NCBI GenBank assembly: GCA_963715985.1
Contig: CAVQSP010000005.1
Location: forward strand, 1 to 45,317
DNA: 45,317 nt
Reading direction: 5' to 3'
DNA from: an uncultured Thermoleophilia bacterium
GTDB taxonomy: Bacteria; Actinomycetota; Thermoleophilia; UBA2241
The notes under the pieces are model-generated. The model was not told the origin of the DNA, made no database searches, and was given only the letters and a program-made list of their open reading frames with translations. Made by a program: the position numbers and the translations under genes. Below are positions 9,053-18,325 of the stretch, piece after piece (positions within the stretch are counted from its first letter, which is position 1; each line of letters begins with the position of its first letter).

Positions 9053-9451
9053 ATGAAGAAGCTCATCGCCTCGTTCACGGTCATCGTCGCCGCCGTGGCC
9101 GTGATCGCACCGGCCGCCGCGCTCGCCGGAGGACGACAGGCTCCCGAGACAGGTCGTCAGGGGAGCGTGTCGGGGATCCATGCAGGAGTGACCTGTCACG
9201 ACCCCTGTGACGACCCGTTCCAGCTCAAGGCCTGGGTGCGAGGCGATCACGCGAGCGGACTCAAGGTGAGGTTCGTCGTCCAGGGACGCGTCTTCACGGC
9301 ACGCACCTCGAGCAGCGGCTACGCCCACTACCACCTGGACATGAATCCCGCAGACTACCCGCAGGGTGAGGTCGTCAAGGTCGTGGCGTCCGTCGCCCAC
9401 GGAGGCGTGACCAAGACCGACACGACCTGGTTCAAACCGAACTACAACTGA
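9053..9451 (+). CDS. Secreted hypothetical protein (signal peptide, beta-rich Ig-like domain, CHDPC motif)
   Basis: RBS AAGGAG; MKKLIASFTVIVAAVAVIAPAAALA signal peptide; followed by hairpin terminator. Confidence 0.8.
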   Translation: MKKLIASFTVIVAAVAVIAPAAALAGGRQAPETGRQGSVSGIHAGVTCHDPCDDPFQLKAWVRGDHASGLKVRFVVQGRVFTARTSSSGYAHYHLDMNPADYPQGEVVKVVASVAHGGVTKTDTTWFKPNYN

Positions 9452-9467
9452 CGCCTGCGGCACCGGC

Positions 9468-9499
9468 GGCGGGCGGGCGGCAGAGGCCGCCCGCCCGCC
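9468..9499 (+). terminator. GC-rich hairpin terminator
   Basis: ggcgggcgggcggc-agag-gccgcccgcccgcc directly after the stop codon. Confidence 0.65.
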
Positions 9500-9548
9500 G
9501 GTTCACAGCAGTCCCATTGAGCTGGCGCCCCGCTGGTATGCTGCGCCA

Positions 9549-10109
9549 GTGAACCTGCTCACTCTCCTCGGCGTCGCCGTGGGCCTCGCCATGGACGCCT
9601 TCGCGGTGTCCATCGGCATCGGCCTCAACACGCCGCACGTGAGCCGGCGCACCACCTTCCGTCTCGCGTGGCACTTCGGGCTCTTCCAGGCCCTCATGCC
9701 GATCGTGGGCTGGCTCGCCGGGCTCTCGGTGGAGCGCTGGATCAGCGGTGTGGACCACTGGGTCGCCTTCGGCCTGCTGGCCGCCATCGGCGGTCACATG
9801 ATCTACGAGGCGGTCTGGGGCGACGAGGAGACGCGCGCCGCCAAGGACCCGACGCGAGGCACCTCGCTCGTCGTACTCTCCGTGGCGACCAGCATCGACG
9901 CCCTGGCCGTGGGCCTCTCGCTGGCGCTGCTCGGGGTGCAGATCTGGTACCCGGCCGTGGTCATCGGCATCGTGGCCTTCGCCTTCACCGCCGTCGGGCT
10001 GCACCTCGGGCGGCGCTTCGGCGCCCTGTTCGGACGGCGCATGGAGATCGTCGGCGGCCTGATCCTGATCGGCATCGGCGTGAAGATCCTGGCGGACCAC
10101 CTGCTGTGA
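9549..10109 (+). CDS. mntP: Manganese efflux pump MntP family (apparently leaderless)
   Basis: GLAMDAFAVS, FGLFQALMP..GW, DHWVAF, ATSIDALAVG, GGLILIGIG; TATGCT at 9537-9542, 6 nt before GTG. Confidence 0.92.
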   Translation: MNLLTLLGVAVGLAMDAFAVSIGIGLNTPHVSRRTTFRLAWHFGLFQALMPIVGWLAGLSVERWISGVDHWVAFGLLAAIGGHMIYEAVWGDEETRAAKDPTRGTSLVVLSVATSIDALAVGLSLALLGVQIWYPAVVIGIVAFAFTAVGLHLGRRFGALFGRRMEIVGGLILIGIGVKILADHLL

Positions 10110-10162
10110 GGGCGCTCCGGCGCTGCCCGGCAGCCCGGTGCGGGCGGCCCGGCAGCCCGCCG

Positions 10163-12592
10163 CTACTGGACGGTGAGCTGGGTGGCGGCCGGCGCGAGCT
10201 CGCGGTTGCCGCCGCGGTCGGTGGCGGCGCACGCGAGGGTGTAGACGCCGGGTGCGGGCGGCTTCCACTTCCAGGTGGCCGCCGTCCCCGTCGCGACCCA
10301 GCCGCGCGACCCCGAAGTCACCACCAGGCCGGTGGCGTCGGTGATCGCGTACAGGAGCTCGACCTCGTCGCTGAACGCGTCCTGGGCTGTGCATGACAGG
10401 GTGAAGCTCTTGCCCAGCGCGATGCTCAGGGCGGCCGGGGTCGTCAGGACCGGCCGCTCGAGGTCCACGGCCAGCCTGCCCGCCGCCGAGCTCGTGCCGA
10501 GCGCCGAGGTGGCGGCCACCGTGAAGGTCAGGCGGCCGCTCGCAGCCGCCTCGCCGGTCTGGGTGAAGCCGTCCCACACCACCGCATGCGGACCGGCCTC
10601 GAGCTGCCCGAGGTCGAAGGTGCGCACCGCCTTGCCCGCCACCTTGACGGCGACCTTGACGCCGGCCGTGCGGGTGAGCGTGAAGCCCAGCGTGGCGCCG
10701 TCGTTCACGCCGTCGCCGTTGGGCGAGACGACGTCGGGCGCCGCGGTGAGGAAGCCCACCGTGCGGTCGAGCACCACCGGGACGGTCGTGCGTGAGACGT
10801 TGCCGGCCGCGTCGCGGCTCTCCACGAGGAAGCTGTACTCGCCGTCGGCGGCCGGCGCCAGGGCGCCGTCCGCCGTCACCTGGCCGTTCCAGGTGGCGGT
10901 CTGCTCCGCGTCGCTGGCGTCCCGCCACTCGGTGAGGCGCCGGCGCACCTTGCCGCCGGCGTCGAGCACGGAGACGCGCGTGGCGCAGCGCTCGGACGGC
11001 TGATACGTCACCTTGGCCGTCTCAGCCCAGTCGTCGCCGTTGGCGCTGAACCGGCCCGGCTCCGCGTCCGCGCTCGCCGGCGCCGGCGCCACCGTGTCGA
11101 TGACCAGGGCGACGGTCTTGGGTGAGGCCGCGCCGAGCGCCGTGGACGCGGACACCACGGCGCTGTACTTGCCGTCCGCGTAGGCGCGACCCTGCGGGTC
11201 CAGTCCCGACCACTCGATCGTGTCGTAGGAGCCCTCGCCGCTGAAGCTGCCCAGCCGCTCCCCGTTCGCGTCCCGGAGCTCGACGGTCCAACTGGCCGTC
11301 TTGGTGAGCCACAGGCTGAGCGTCGCGGAGTCGTACGACTCGTCGCCGTTGGGGCTGAAGCGCGCCGGGGCGCTCTTGGCCAGCGTGACGATGGGCGGCT
11401 GCGGCTTGCCGGCCGCCTCCAGGCGGACGGTGGGCAGCAGCGGGTACAGGATGTTGCCGGGGCACTCTGTGTTGTTGGCCTGGCGGTGACCGGAGACCAC
11501 GGGGAACGTGACGCGGGCGCCGGTCGCGAACTTCTCGCCGTAGTCGCAGCGGATACGCGCCGTACCCGTCGGCTTCAGATGGTGGATCTTGAGCTTCCAC
11601 GCGAGCAGCTTCTCGAGCGAGGCCAGCGCCTCGGCGGGAGGAGCGTCGGCGGCGAAGTTGCCGATCATCGAGATGCCGGCGCTGCCCCGGTTGAACCCCA
11701 GGACCTGCGCCCCGATGACCCCCCTCTTCATGCCGCCGTACCGGCCTTCGTAGATGGTCCCGAAGCGGTCGATGAGGAAGTTGTAGCCGATGTCGCTCCA
11801 GCCCAGGGAGCGCGTGTGGTACGCGTAGATGGCGCGCATCACGGCGGGAGCCTCGGCCTGCGTGTAGTCGTTGCCGCTGGCCGTGTGGTGCACGAAGATC
11901 ATGCGCACCTTGGCGTACTCGGGCCGGGCGCCGCGCAAGGATTCATCGGCGCCCCACTCCTTGCGCGTGACGATGCCGAGGCCAGCCGCCCCGCGAGCGG
12001 CACGCGTGGACACGGATGTGCCGAGCGGCAAGCCGGCGACCCGTACGATGCCGGAGGCGGCAGCGTCGGGGCTCGCCCCGGAGATGCTGGAGGCGCCGTC
12101 CAGGGCCGGGTCGAGCGAGACGACGCGCACGTGCGCGAGGGCGGCCGGCGCTCCCGCGCCGGCCTCGGCCCGCACCTGCACGTAGCGCGACGCGCCGGTC
12201 CACAGCGGCTCCGTGTAAGCCCTGGCCGGCCCGCCGGCTTCGCCGGCCAGTTCCAGCGGCACGCTGAACCAGCGGCTCCAGGTGCGCTCGTCGAGGCTGG
12301 TGCGCAGGCGGACAGTGACCGCTCCGTGCACGCCCGGCACTGCGCACGTGACGGCGGCCATCGTGAAGCGCCGGCCGGCGTCGAGCGTCTGAGGGGAGAC
12401 AGGTGGGGCGGCGGCGCTGCGCCGGCCGCCCGCCGCCGCATCCGCGGCCACCGGCAGGCCGCCGGCGACGGTGATGACGCGCATGGCCACCGGCGGCGTC
12501 TGCGCCCGCGCGAGGGCAGGGGACGGCGCCACCCACGCGGCGCAGATGGCCGCGGTCAGGGCGAGCGCGACACCGATGAGGGTTCTCGTCAT
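10163..12592 (-). CDS. Secreted N-acetylmuramoyl-L-alanine amidase (Amidase_2/PGRP-like) with FlgD_Ig-like repeats, paralog 1
   Basis: Signal peptide; VTRKEWGADES, FVHHTAS, GWSDIGYNFLIDRFGTIYEGR, GHRQ..TECPG; repeated SPNGD motifs and W(N/D)G repeats. Confidence 0.9.
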   Translation of the reverse strand: MTRTLIGVALALTAAICAAWVAPSPALARAQTPPVAMRVITVAGGLPVAADAAAGGRRSAAAPPVSPQTLDAGRRFTMAAVTCAVPGVHGAVTVRLRTSLDERTWSRWFSVPLELAGEAGGPARAYTEPLWTGASRYVQVRAEAGAGAPAALAHVRVVSLDPALDGASSISGASPDAAASGIVRVAGLPLGTSVSTRAARGAAGLGIVTRKEWGADESLRGARPEYAKVRMIFVHHTASGNDYTQAEAPAVMRAIYAYHTRSLGWSDIGYNFLIDRFGTIYEGRYGGMKRGVIGAQVLGFNRGSAGISMIGNFAADAPPAEALASLEKLLAWKLKIHHLKPTGTARIRCDYGEKFATGARVTFPVVSGHRQANNTECPGNILYPLLPTVRLEAAGKPQPPIVTLAKSAPARFSPNGDESYDSATLSLWLTKTASWTVELRDANGERLGSFSGEGSYDTIEWSGLDPQGRAYADGKYSAVVSASTALGAASPKTVALVIDTVAPAPASADAEPGRFSANGDDWAETAKVTYQPSERCATRVSVLDAGGKVRRRLTEWRDASDAEQTATWNGQVTADGALAPAADGEYSFLVESRDAAGNVSRTTVPVVLDRTVGFLTAAPDVVSPNGDGVNDGATLGFTLTRTAGVKVAVKVAGKAVRTFDLGQLEAGPHAVVWDGFTQTGEAAASGRLTFTVAATSALGTSSAAGRLAVDLERPVLTTPAALSIALGKSFTLSCTAQDAFSDEVELLYAITDATGLVVTSGSRGWVATGTAATWKWKPPAPGVYTLACAATDRGGNRELAPAATQLTVQ

Positions 12593-12787
12593 GGGACTCC
12601 GGAGGGGCCGACGCCTTCTTCGTTCAACGGCGGCGACCGACTCCCTCGGTCTGGCGAGCGACCCCGTGTCGCCGGGTCGCCCTGCGTTGCGTTCGGCTTC
12701 CCTAAGGATGACGCCCTCAGCCGGGGACGCAACCCGAGGCCGCGCCGGCGGCCGGCGGCGCCTGCTCCCGCCCGCCGCGTCCCCGTC

Positions 12788-13060
12788 TCAGAGTGACGTG
12801 AACGAGTTGACGACCTCCGTCCAGACCGGTTCCAGGAGGTCGGCCTCGTCGGCCGGGGAGCTAGCCTGGGGCTCGAGGCGGTAGTCGCCTTCGCGCGGGA
12901 CGAGGAACAGCGCCGGGAAGTCGAGGGAGATCGACAGGGCCGGCCACGAGCCGACGAGCATGACGAGCGCCGCCCACACGTACACGCGCCTCTTGCCGCC
13001 GAGGGGAGCCACATCCGCTGCCACTGCCGATCCTGCCGGGCACGGTTCCCCACTCGCCAT
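12788..13060 (-). other. Short hypothetical ORF or possible internally deleted gene stub
   Basis: GAGG before ATG 13060; one hydrophobic segment, then a C-terminus (YRLEPQA..LLEPVWTEVVNSF) resembling the tail of PsbP/DcrB-like folds. Confidence 0.3.
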
Positions 13061-13164
13061 CGCCTCAGGCGAGCGAGGCAGGGTGAGCCGGCCGCGCAGC
13101 GCGCCCATCGGGATCGCCAGGCGCAGGGGACACGACGGCCCTCGATGATGCACACTGGGCGGCG

Positions 13165-13731
13165 ATGAGCGAGCAGCACGATCACGCAGATCCCAGGGAG
13201 GAACCGGCCGCCGGCGCGCTGGACGACCCCGCCGCCGCACGCGAGCGGCTGCTCGCGCTGCTCGACGCGCACGGGATCGCCTACGAGCGCGCCGACCACC
13301 CCCCGGTGTACACGTGCGAGGAGGCGCGGCGGGAGGCGCCGGGGCTACCCGGCGCCGAGACCAAGAACCTCTTCGTCCGCGACGCCGGGGGCGACCGGCA
13401 CTTCCTCGTAGTCGTCCGGCCCGAGACGCGTGTGGACCTCAAGGCGCTCGGGAAGCTCCTCAACGCCGGCGGGCTGCGCTTCGCCTCGCCCCGGCGCCTC
13501 AGCGAGCACCTCGGTCTCGAGGCAGGCTCGGTCACGTTGCTCGGCGTCGTCAACGATCACGACCGGGCCGTGGACGTGGTCATCGACGAGGATCTGTGGC
13601 GCGAGCCGGCGTTCCAGTGCCACCCGCTGGTCAACACCAGCACGCTGGTGCTCAGCCGGGACGGGCTGGAACGCCTCTTCGCGCTCACCGGCCACGCGCC
13701 GCACATCGTCGCCGTCCCGCCCAGGGAGTGA
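13165..13731 (+). CDS. YbaK/ProX-family aminoacyl-tRNA editing protein (PrdX/YeaK type)
   Basis: HPPVYT, TKNLFVRD, LRFAS, LGLEAGSVT, CHPLVNTST. Confidence 0.92.
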   Translation: MSEQHDHADPREEPAAGALDDPAAARERLLALLDAHGIAYERADHPPVYTCEEARREAPGLPGAETKNLFVRDAGGDRHFLVVVRPETRVDLKALGKLLNAGGLRFASPRRLSEHLGLEAGSVTLLGVVNDHDRAVDVVIDEDLWREPAFQCHPLVNTSTLVLSRDGLERLFALTGHAPHIVAVPPRE

Positions 13732-13818
13732 CAGCCGCGCGTTCCGCCTGCCGCCTGGCGCGGTACGATGGGCCGAACGGGTGCGCCCGCGCCCGCTGAG
13801 CGAACGGAGGAGTGCGCC

Positions 13819-14277
13819 GTGGCGGACGAGCCGCAGTCCCGCGCCCGAGCACCCGTCGGTGCAGACGCAGGCGACCGGCGTGCCTCAGGAGAACGCTCTC
13901 ATGAGCCTCCGACGCGACGGCGAGGTGCGCTGGATCACGGTCAGCACCAGCCTGGTGCTGGCCCCGGCGAAGACAAGCCGTGGGCGGTGGCCATCTCCTG
14001 CGCCGACATCGCCGCGCGCAAGAAGGCAGAGGACGCGCTGCGCCGCAGCGAGGCGATGCGCGACACCGCCGAGCGCGTGGGGCGCAACGGAAGCTACCGG
14101 TGGGACCTGGCCACGCGCCGCGTCGCCTGGTCGCCGGGCATGCTTGCACTCTTCGACGTGGACCCCGAAGGCTTCGACGGCGACGTCGTAGAGGTGCTGG
14201 AGTCTCGCGTGCACCCTGACGACAAGGCCCGCATCCCGGACATCGGGGAGACGGTCGCGGTCGGCGGCGATGCCTGA
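13819..14277 (+). pseudogene. PAS-domain fragment (C-terminal half of one PAS plus N-terminal half of the next) with two compensating frameshifts
   Basis: RBS GGAGGAG; +1 frame gives EHPSVQTQATGVPQENALMSLRRDGEVRWITVS; main frame gives DIAARKKAEDALRRSE..GSYRWDL..WSPGM..RVHPDD; no output domain. Confidence 0.6.
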
Positions 14278-14806
14278 GACCCCGCCGGCGCGGACGGCAC
14301 TCATCGCCGTGATCGCCGACACGCATGGGCTCATCGACCGGCGTGTGCTGGAGGCCTGCGCCGGCGCCGAGGTCATCGTCCACGCCGGCGACGTGGGCGC
14401 GCGCTCGGTACCCGGCGGCGCGCGCGCCGTCCTCGACCAGCTGGAGCGGGTGGCGCCGGTGATCGCCGTGCGCGGTAACCGCGACCGCCACGAGGAGTTC
14501 GGCGCGTCTCTCCCGGCCGAGGCGGAGGGCGAGGTGAGCGGCCTGCACTTCGTCGTGGCGCACACGCGCCGCGAGCTCAAGGCCGCCCACCCAGACCCCG
14601 CCGCCGAGGGCATCGGGCTGCTGGTCTACGGGCACACGCACCAGCCCGAGCTGCGCTTCCGCGGGCACGAGCACGGCCGGCTGCCGGTGATCTGGCTCAA
14701 TCCCGGCACCTGCACCGCCCCACTCGCCTGGGACCCGCGCCCCAGCATGGCCTACGTCACGGTGCGGGACGGCGAGCCCGAGGCGCGCATCGTCTTCTTC
14801 CCCTGA
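14270..14806 (+). CDS. YfcE/MJ0936-family metallophosphoesterase
   Basis: ADTHG, HAGD, VRGNRD, GHTH, NPG motifs. Confidence 0.93.
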   Translation: MPETPPARTALIAVIADTHGLIDRRVLEACAGAEVIVHAGDVGARSVPGGARAVLDQLERVAPVIAVRGNRDRHEEFGASLPAEAEGEVSGLHFVVAHTRRELKAAHPDPAAEGIGLLVYGHTHQPELRFRGHEHGRLPVIWLNPGTCTAPLAWDPRPSMAYVTVRDGEPEARIVFFP

Positions 14807-14928
14807 GGCCTGCGGGGCGTGACCGGAGCGGCCTCCTTGCGCCGCGCGGTCCGTACCGCCTCCGTACGCGCCGCGCCCGCCGGCGGGCAAGCCCAGTCCC
14901 GGCGGGCGCAAGCGACCGTGCGGGTGCG

Positions 14929-15309
14929 TCACTCCTGCGAGTGCAGCCCCACAGTGTTGCCTTCCGTGTCGCTGATCATCGCGAAGTGGCCGGCGTTCTC
15001 CATGCCGATGGCCGTCTTCGGCATGAGGATCTTGCCGCCGGCTCCCTCGACGCGGTCAAGCACGGCCTGCAGGTCGGGATTGGCGTTCAGGTACACGGCC
15101 GTCCCCGTGGCGCTGGGCACGGCGCCCTCGCCGCAGACGACCGCACCGCCGACCTCACCCTTCTGCCACTCCGACGGGAATCCCCACATCTCCATGCCGG
15201 GACCTGCGTCCATCTTCTCGAGAGAGAAGCCACAGATCGTCTCGTAGAAGGTCTTCGCCCGAGCGATGTCGCTCGCGGGTATCTGGAACCAAGTCACTGC
15301 CGATGCCAT
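14929..15309 (-). CDS. VOC/glyoxalase-family protein
   Basis: WFQIPASDIARAKTFY..RVEGAGG..PKT..G.FA..DTEGN.VGL. Confidence 0.92.
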   Translation of the reverse strand: MASAVTWFQIPASDIARAKTFYETICGFSLEKMDAGPGMEMWGFPSEWQKGEVGGAVVCGEGAVPSATGTAVYLNANPDLQAVLDRVEGAGGKILMPKTAIGMENAGHFAMISDTEGNTVGLHSQE

Positions 15310-15429
15310 GACGCTCTCCTCACGGGAGCTTCCCCCGAAGCGGGGGCCATGGTGGATTGTCGCTCCCCGGCGCGCGCCTCAAACCCCGGCGCGCCTTCGA
15401 GCACCAGGCGAGAGGACGCGCGGCGCCGA

Positions 15430-15924
15430 TCAGGAGGCGGGCGGGTTCCTCTTGTAGGTCAGCGCGTCGACGCGCAGGGCCCACACGCTCGTGCCTTTGA
15501 GGGTGCTGCCCTTGAAAGGGGCGTGCGTCAGACCGGCGTCGTACTTCTCCACGATCAGGCGGAGAGCCCGGTCACGCTGGGCGTCGTCCTCCACGAGCTC
15601 GACCTCGCCAAAAGCCAGCACAGACTCGTAGCGGAAGTTCTCGTCGCAGGGATCGTCGGCGGGCATGAACTCGGGCCGCGTGGTGACGGCCAGACACACG
15701 CGTGGCTCGGCTTCGAGCAACGACGCTTTGAGACTCCCGCCGCCGTGGAAGAAGACCGTGTCGCCATCCGCGGCGAAGGAGATGGGCACGACGTAGGGCC
15801 AGCCCCCGCCGGCCATCGCCAAATACCCGACGGCGCTCGCGTCGAGCACCCGCCGGGCCGGCGCAGACGCCTGGCCCTCCACGAGCGCGTCCCCCAGACG
15901 GTCCCGCAGCTGCTCCCTGTTCAC
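15430..15924 (-). CDS. Pyridoxamine 5'-phosphate oxidase-like FMN-binding protein (NimA type)
   Basis: GYLAM..PYVVPISF..FFHG..K..PRVCL..YESVLAFG; RBS GAGGAG. Confidence 0.88.
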   Translation of the reverse strand: MNREQLRDRLGDALVEGQASAPARRVLDASAVGYLAMAGGGWPYVVPISFAADGDTVFFHGGGSLKASLLEAEPRVCLAVTTRPEFMPADDPCDENFRYESVLAFGEVELVEDDAQRDRALRLIVEKYDAGLTHAPFKGSTLKGTSVWALRVDALTYKRNPPAS

Positions 15925-16030
15925 GACAGCTCCTCTGTCGACGGCGCCACCATTCTACGACGCACCAGTTGAGGACTCCCGCGAGTCTGCCGATGCAGTC
16001 GGGGGATCGAGAACGAGCGGGGAGGAGACC

Positions 16031-16885
16031 ATGGCTTACGAACAGACACACGATGATGCCGGCGATGTGCCGGCCCGCGCCATCGTGCTGCAGAGGCGAG
16101 AGCTCCTGGTATCGGCCGCGAGGCTTGCCTGCGGCGCGGCCTGTATTGGCGCCCTCGGCGCCCTGATGGGCCGGGCCGTCGAGGGCAGTGCAGGGGCAGC
16201 GCCTGGGCCCGACGACCCCGCTCCCACCGGCTACACACAGGCGGTACTCAGCCAGAACTTCAACGAGGCGGCGCCGTTCTTCAGCGAGGTCATCAGCGCG
16301 CGCCACAGCAAGGCGCTGGCCGGCAAGGTCAAGCAGGCGGCGCGCGCCGACTGGGCGAAGCTGGGACCGCAGATCCCGTTCGTGGGCGAGGCCGACTGGC
16401 CGCTGCCAGGCACGCTCATCGGCAGCGCCGTGGCGCTCTCCTTCTACCGCGCCTTGAAGCGTGCCGGCGTCGGCAAGACGGAGGCCAGGGCCCTCGTCTC
16501 ACGGCAGGGCAAGGCCAGTCTGGCCGCGGTCCCGCCGGCGAAGCTCGCGGAGGAGGGCGCCGAGCAGTTCACGGAGGAGTGGTACGCGATGCAGCGCCAG
16601 TACGCCGCGCTCTCGCAGCTGCACCACTACCCGGGCGACTGGGTGTACAGCTTCGTCGAGGGCGTGCCGGGCGAGTTCGACTGGGGGTGGGACTTCACCG
16701 AGTGCGGCGTCCTCAAGCTGTTCGCGACGCAGCACGGGCTCGACCTGATGCCGTCGATCTGCGTGCAGGACTTCTACGTGAGCGCCGCCCAGAAGACGGG
16801 GCTGCGGCGCACCAAGACCCTGGCCAAGGGTGGCGACTGCTGCGACTTCAGGTACGAGCAGGGCCGTCCCGTGAGCCCGTCCTGA
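16031..16885 (+). CDS. L-2-amino-thiazoline-4-carboxylic acid hydrolase-like family protein with Tat-like N-terminal signal
   Basis: RBS GGAGGAG; QRRELL plus hydrophobic stretch; C-terminal YPGDW..DFTECG..C..D..GLRRTKTLAKGGDCCDFRY. Confidence 0.8.
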   Translation: MAYEQTHDDAGDVPARAIVLQRRELLVSAARLACGAACIGALGALMGRAVEGSAGAAPGPDDPAPTGYTQAVLSQNFNEAAPFFSEVISARHSKALAGKVKQAARADWAKLGPQIPFVGEADWPLPGTLIGSAVALSFYRALKRAGVGKTEARALVSRQGKASLAAVPPAKLAEEGAEQFTEEWYAMQRQYAALSQLHHYPGDWVYSFVEGVPGEFDWGWDFTECGVLKLFATQHGLDLMPSICVQDFYVSAAQKTGLRRTKTLAKGGDCCDFRYEQGRPVSPS

Positions 16886-16913
16886 AGCACGAAGTGCGCG
16901 TCCGGGGACTGCC

Positions 16914-17090
16914 GTGGAGAAGCTGACCATCTACATCGGGCTCACGATCGGCGGCATCGTGGGAGGCTACCTGCCGGTGGTGCTGTTCCACGTGAGCGCC
17001 TTCTCGTGGATCAGCATCCTCTTGGGCTTCGTCGGGTGCGTGATCGGAGCGTGGCTCGGGTGGAAGGTAACGCTCTGGATCGAAGAGTGA
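16914..17090 (+). CDS. 58-aa two-TM glycine-rich small membrane protein (not in the ORF track)
   Basis: My translation: MEKLTIYIGLTIGGIVGGYLPVVLFHVSAFSWISILLGFVGCVIGAWLGWKVTLWIEE; high GC3, GxxxG motifs. Confidence 0.75.
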   Translation: MEKLTIYIGLTIGGIVGGYLPVVLFHVSAFSWISILLGFVGCVIGAWLGWKVTLWIEE

Positions 17091-17199
17091 CGCCCGCCCG
17101 GTACCAGGTGTCGGTCTCCGACCCGTCCCCCGCCCTCCGGGCCGGACTGCGTCGGTGTCCCGGCCGGGCCGCACGGAGGCCGCAGAGCCGGAGCCCGCG

Positions 17200-17748
17200 C
17201 TACTTGGCCACCGGCGTCGCTTCCACCTGTGCTTCCGCCTTCGCCTCGGCCTCAGCCTCGACGTCCCGCCGGTAGCGCAGGGCGCCCAGCCAGAAGATGC
17301 GGTCGGCGATGGCCAGCGCGGTGCCCACGGCGATGTAGATGATGGAGAGCGTCACCCGCCCCCACCAGTAGTCGATGAGCGGCGAGTGACGCAGCATGAC
17401 GCCGCCGCCCATCATCACGAGCACGAAGATCCACGACTTCACCGAGAAGAAGCCGAAGAAGCAGGCGTGGTCGCGCCTCTTGATGCGCGCCACCGCCTTG
17501 TTGGCGTAGCGGATGAGCACGAAGCGCGCCTTGATGATGCCGAGCACGACGGCCACGAGGACGACGGGCAGGATCCAGAAGCTGAAGTGCGTGCCGGCGC
17601 CCGGCACCTCCACGAACATCACTCCGCGCACGAGCAGGAAGCCGGTACCGACGAGCCAGACCAGCGCCGCCGCGTACAGCTGCAGGCGCGCACCGGTGCG
17701 CGGCGTGAGTCTGTCCCACCAGGGACGTGTCGTGTGCAGTGTGGCCAT
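17200..17748 (-). CDS. Four-TM hypothetical membrane protein
   Basis: AALVWLVG..LL.RG, K..F..RI, CFFGFFSVKSWIFVLVMMGGG, YIAVGTAL; high GC3. Confidence 0.8.
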   Translation of the reverse strand: MATLHTTRPWWDRLTPRTGARLQLYAAALVWLVGTGFLLVRGVMFVEVPGAGTHFSFWILPVVLVAVVLGIIKARFVLIRYANKAVARIKRRDHACFFGFFSVKSWIFVLVMMGGGVMLRHSPLIDYWWGRVTLSIIYIAVGTALAIADRIFWLGALRYRRDVEAEAEAKAEAQVEATPVAK

Positions 17749-17968
17749 GGGATCGTGTTCGGCGAGACGCGCGATGCAGGTGTCACGGGCAGGAGGCGTC
17801 GCGCGGGCAGGTCGACTTGACACAGGATAGCAGCTGCGGCGCATGCTGCACCCCGCACACGGCACAGCCACGCCGCAGCACGCCCACGTAGACGGATATT
17901 CCAAGGCGGATCGTCGCCAGATGACGATGATAGGAATAGGAACAAATGGCCTGGCGAAGTGGAGCCGA

Positions 17969-18325
17969 ATGGGCATGAGGACGAGCGCGAAGAACCTTGC
18001 AGACGCGGCGATGACCCGGAGCGGACGGGTCCACATCGCCGATTGCTCCGACGCGAAGCTGCTGCTGCGCGAGGTGCGCGACACCGGGCTGCCCGCCTAC
18101 TTCTTCGACCACGGCGAGCGGCTTCTCTACCTCGACGGCGACATCTACGACCTGCGCGAGGTGGGAGCCGCGGCACGGGCGGGCACAAGGCCCTTACCTC
18201 TTCCCCACGCCATACTCGAGACCGGCGTCGGCCTCGAGTACGGCTGGCGCCACGTCGCCGACTGCGGCTGCCCTTACTGCCGCGACGAGTCGCCGGCCGG
18301 CGGCCGGCGCGGCGCGGTCGCCTAG
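17969..18325 (+). CDS. Hypothetical protein with C-terminal HxxxCxCxxC motif
   Basis: GGAG before ATG 17969; coding-like codon usage; WRHVADCGCPYC. Confidence 0.65.
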   Translation: MGMRTSAKNLADAAMTRSGRVHIADCSDAKLLLREVRDTGLPAYFFDHGERLLYLDGDIYDLREVGAAARAGTRPLPLPHAILETGVGLEYGWRHVADCGCPYCRDESPAGGRRGAVA

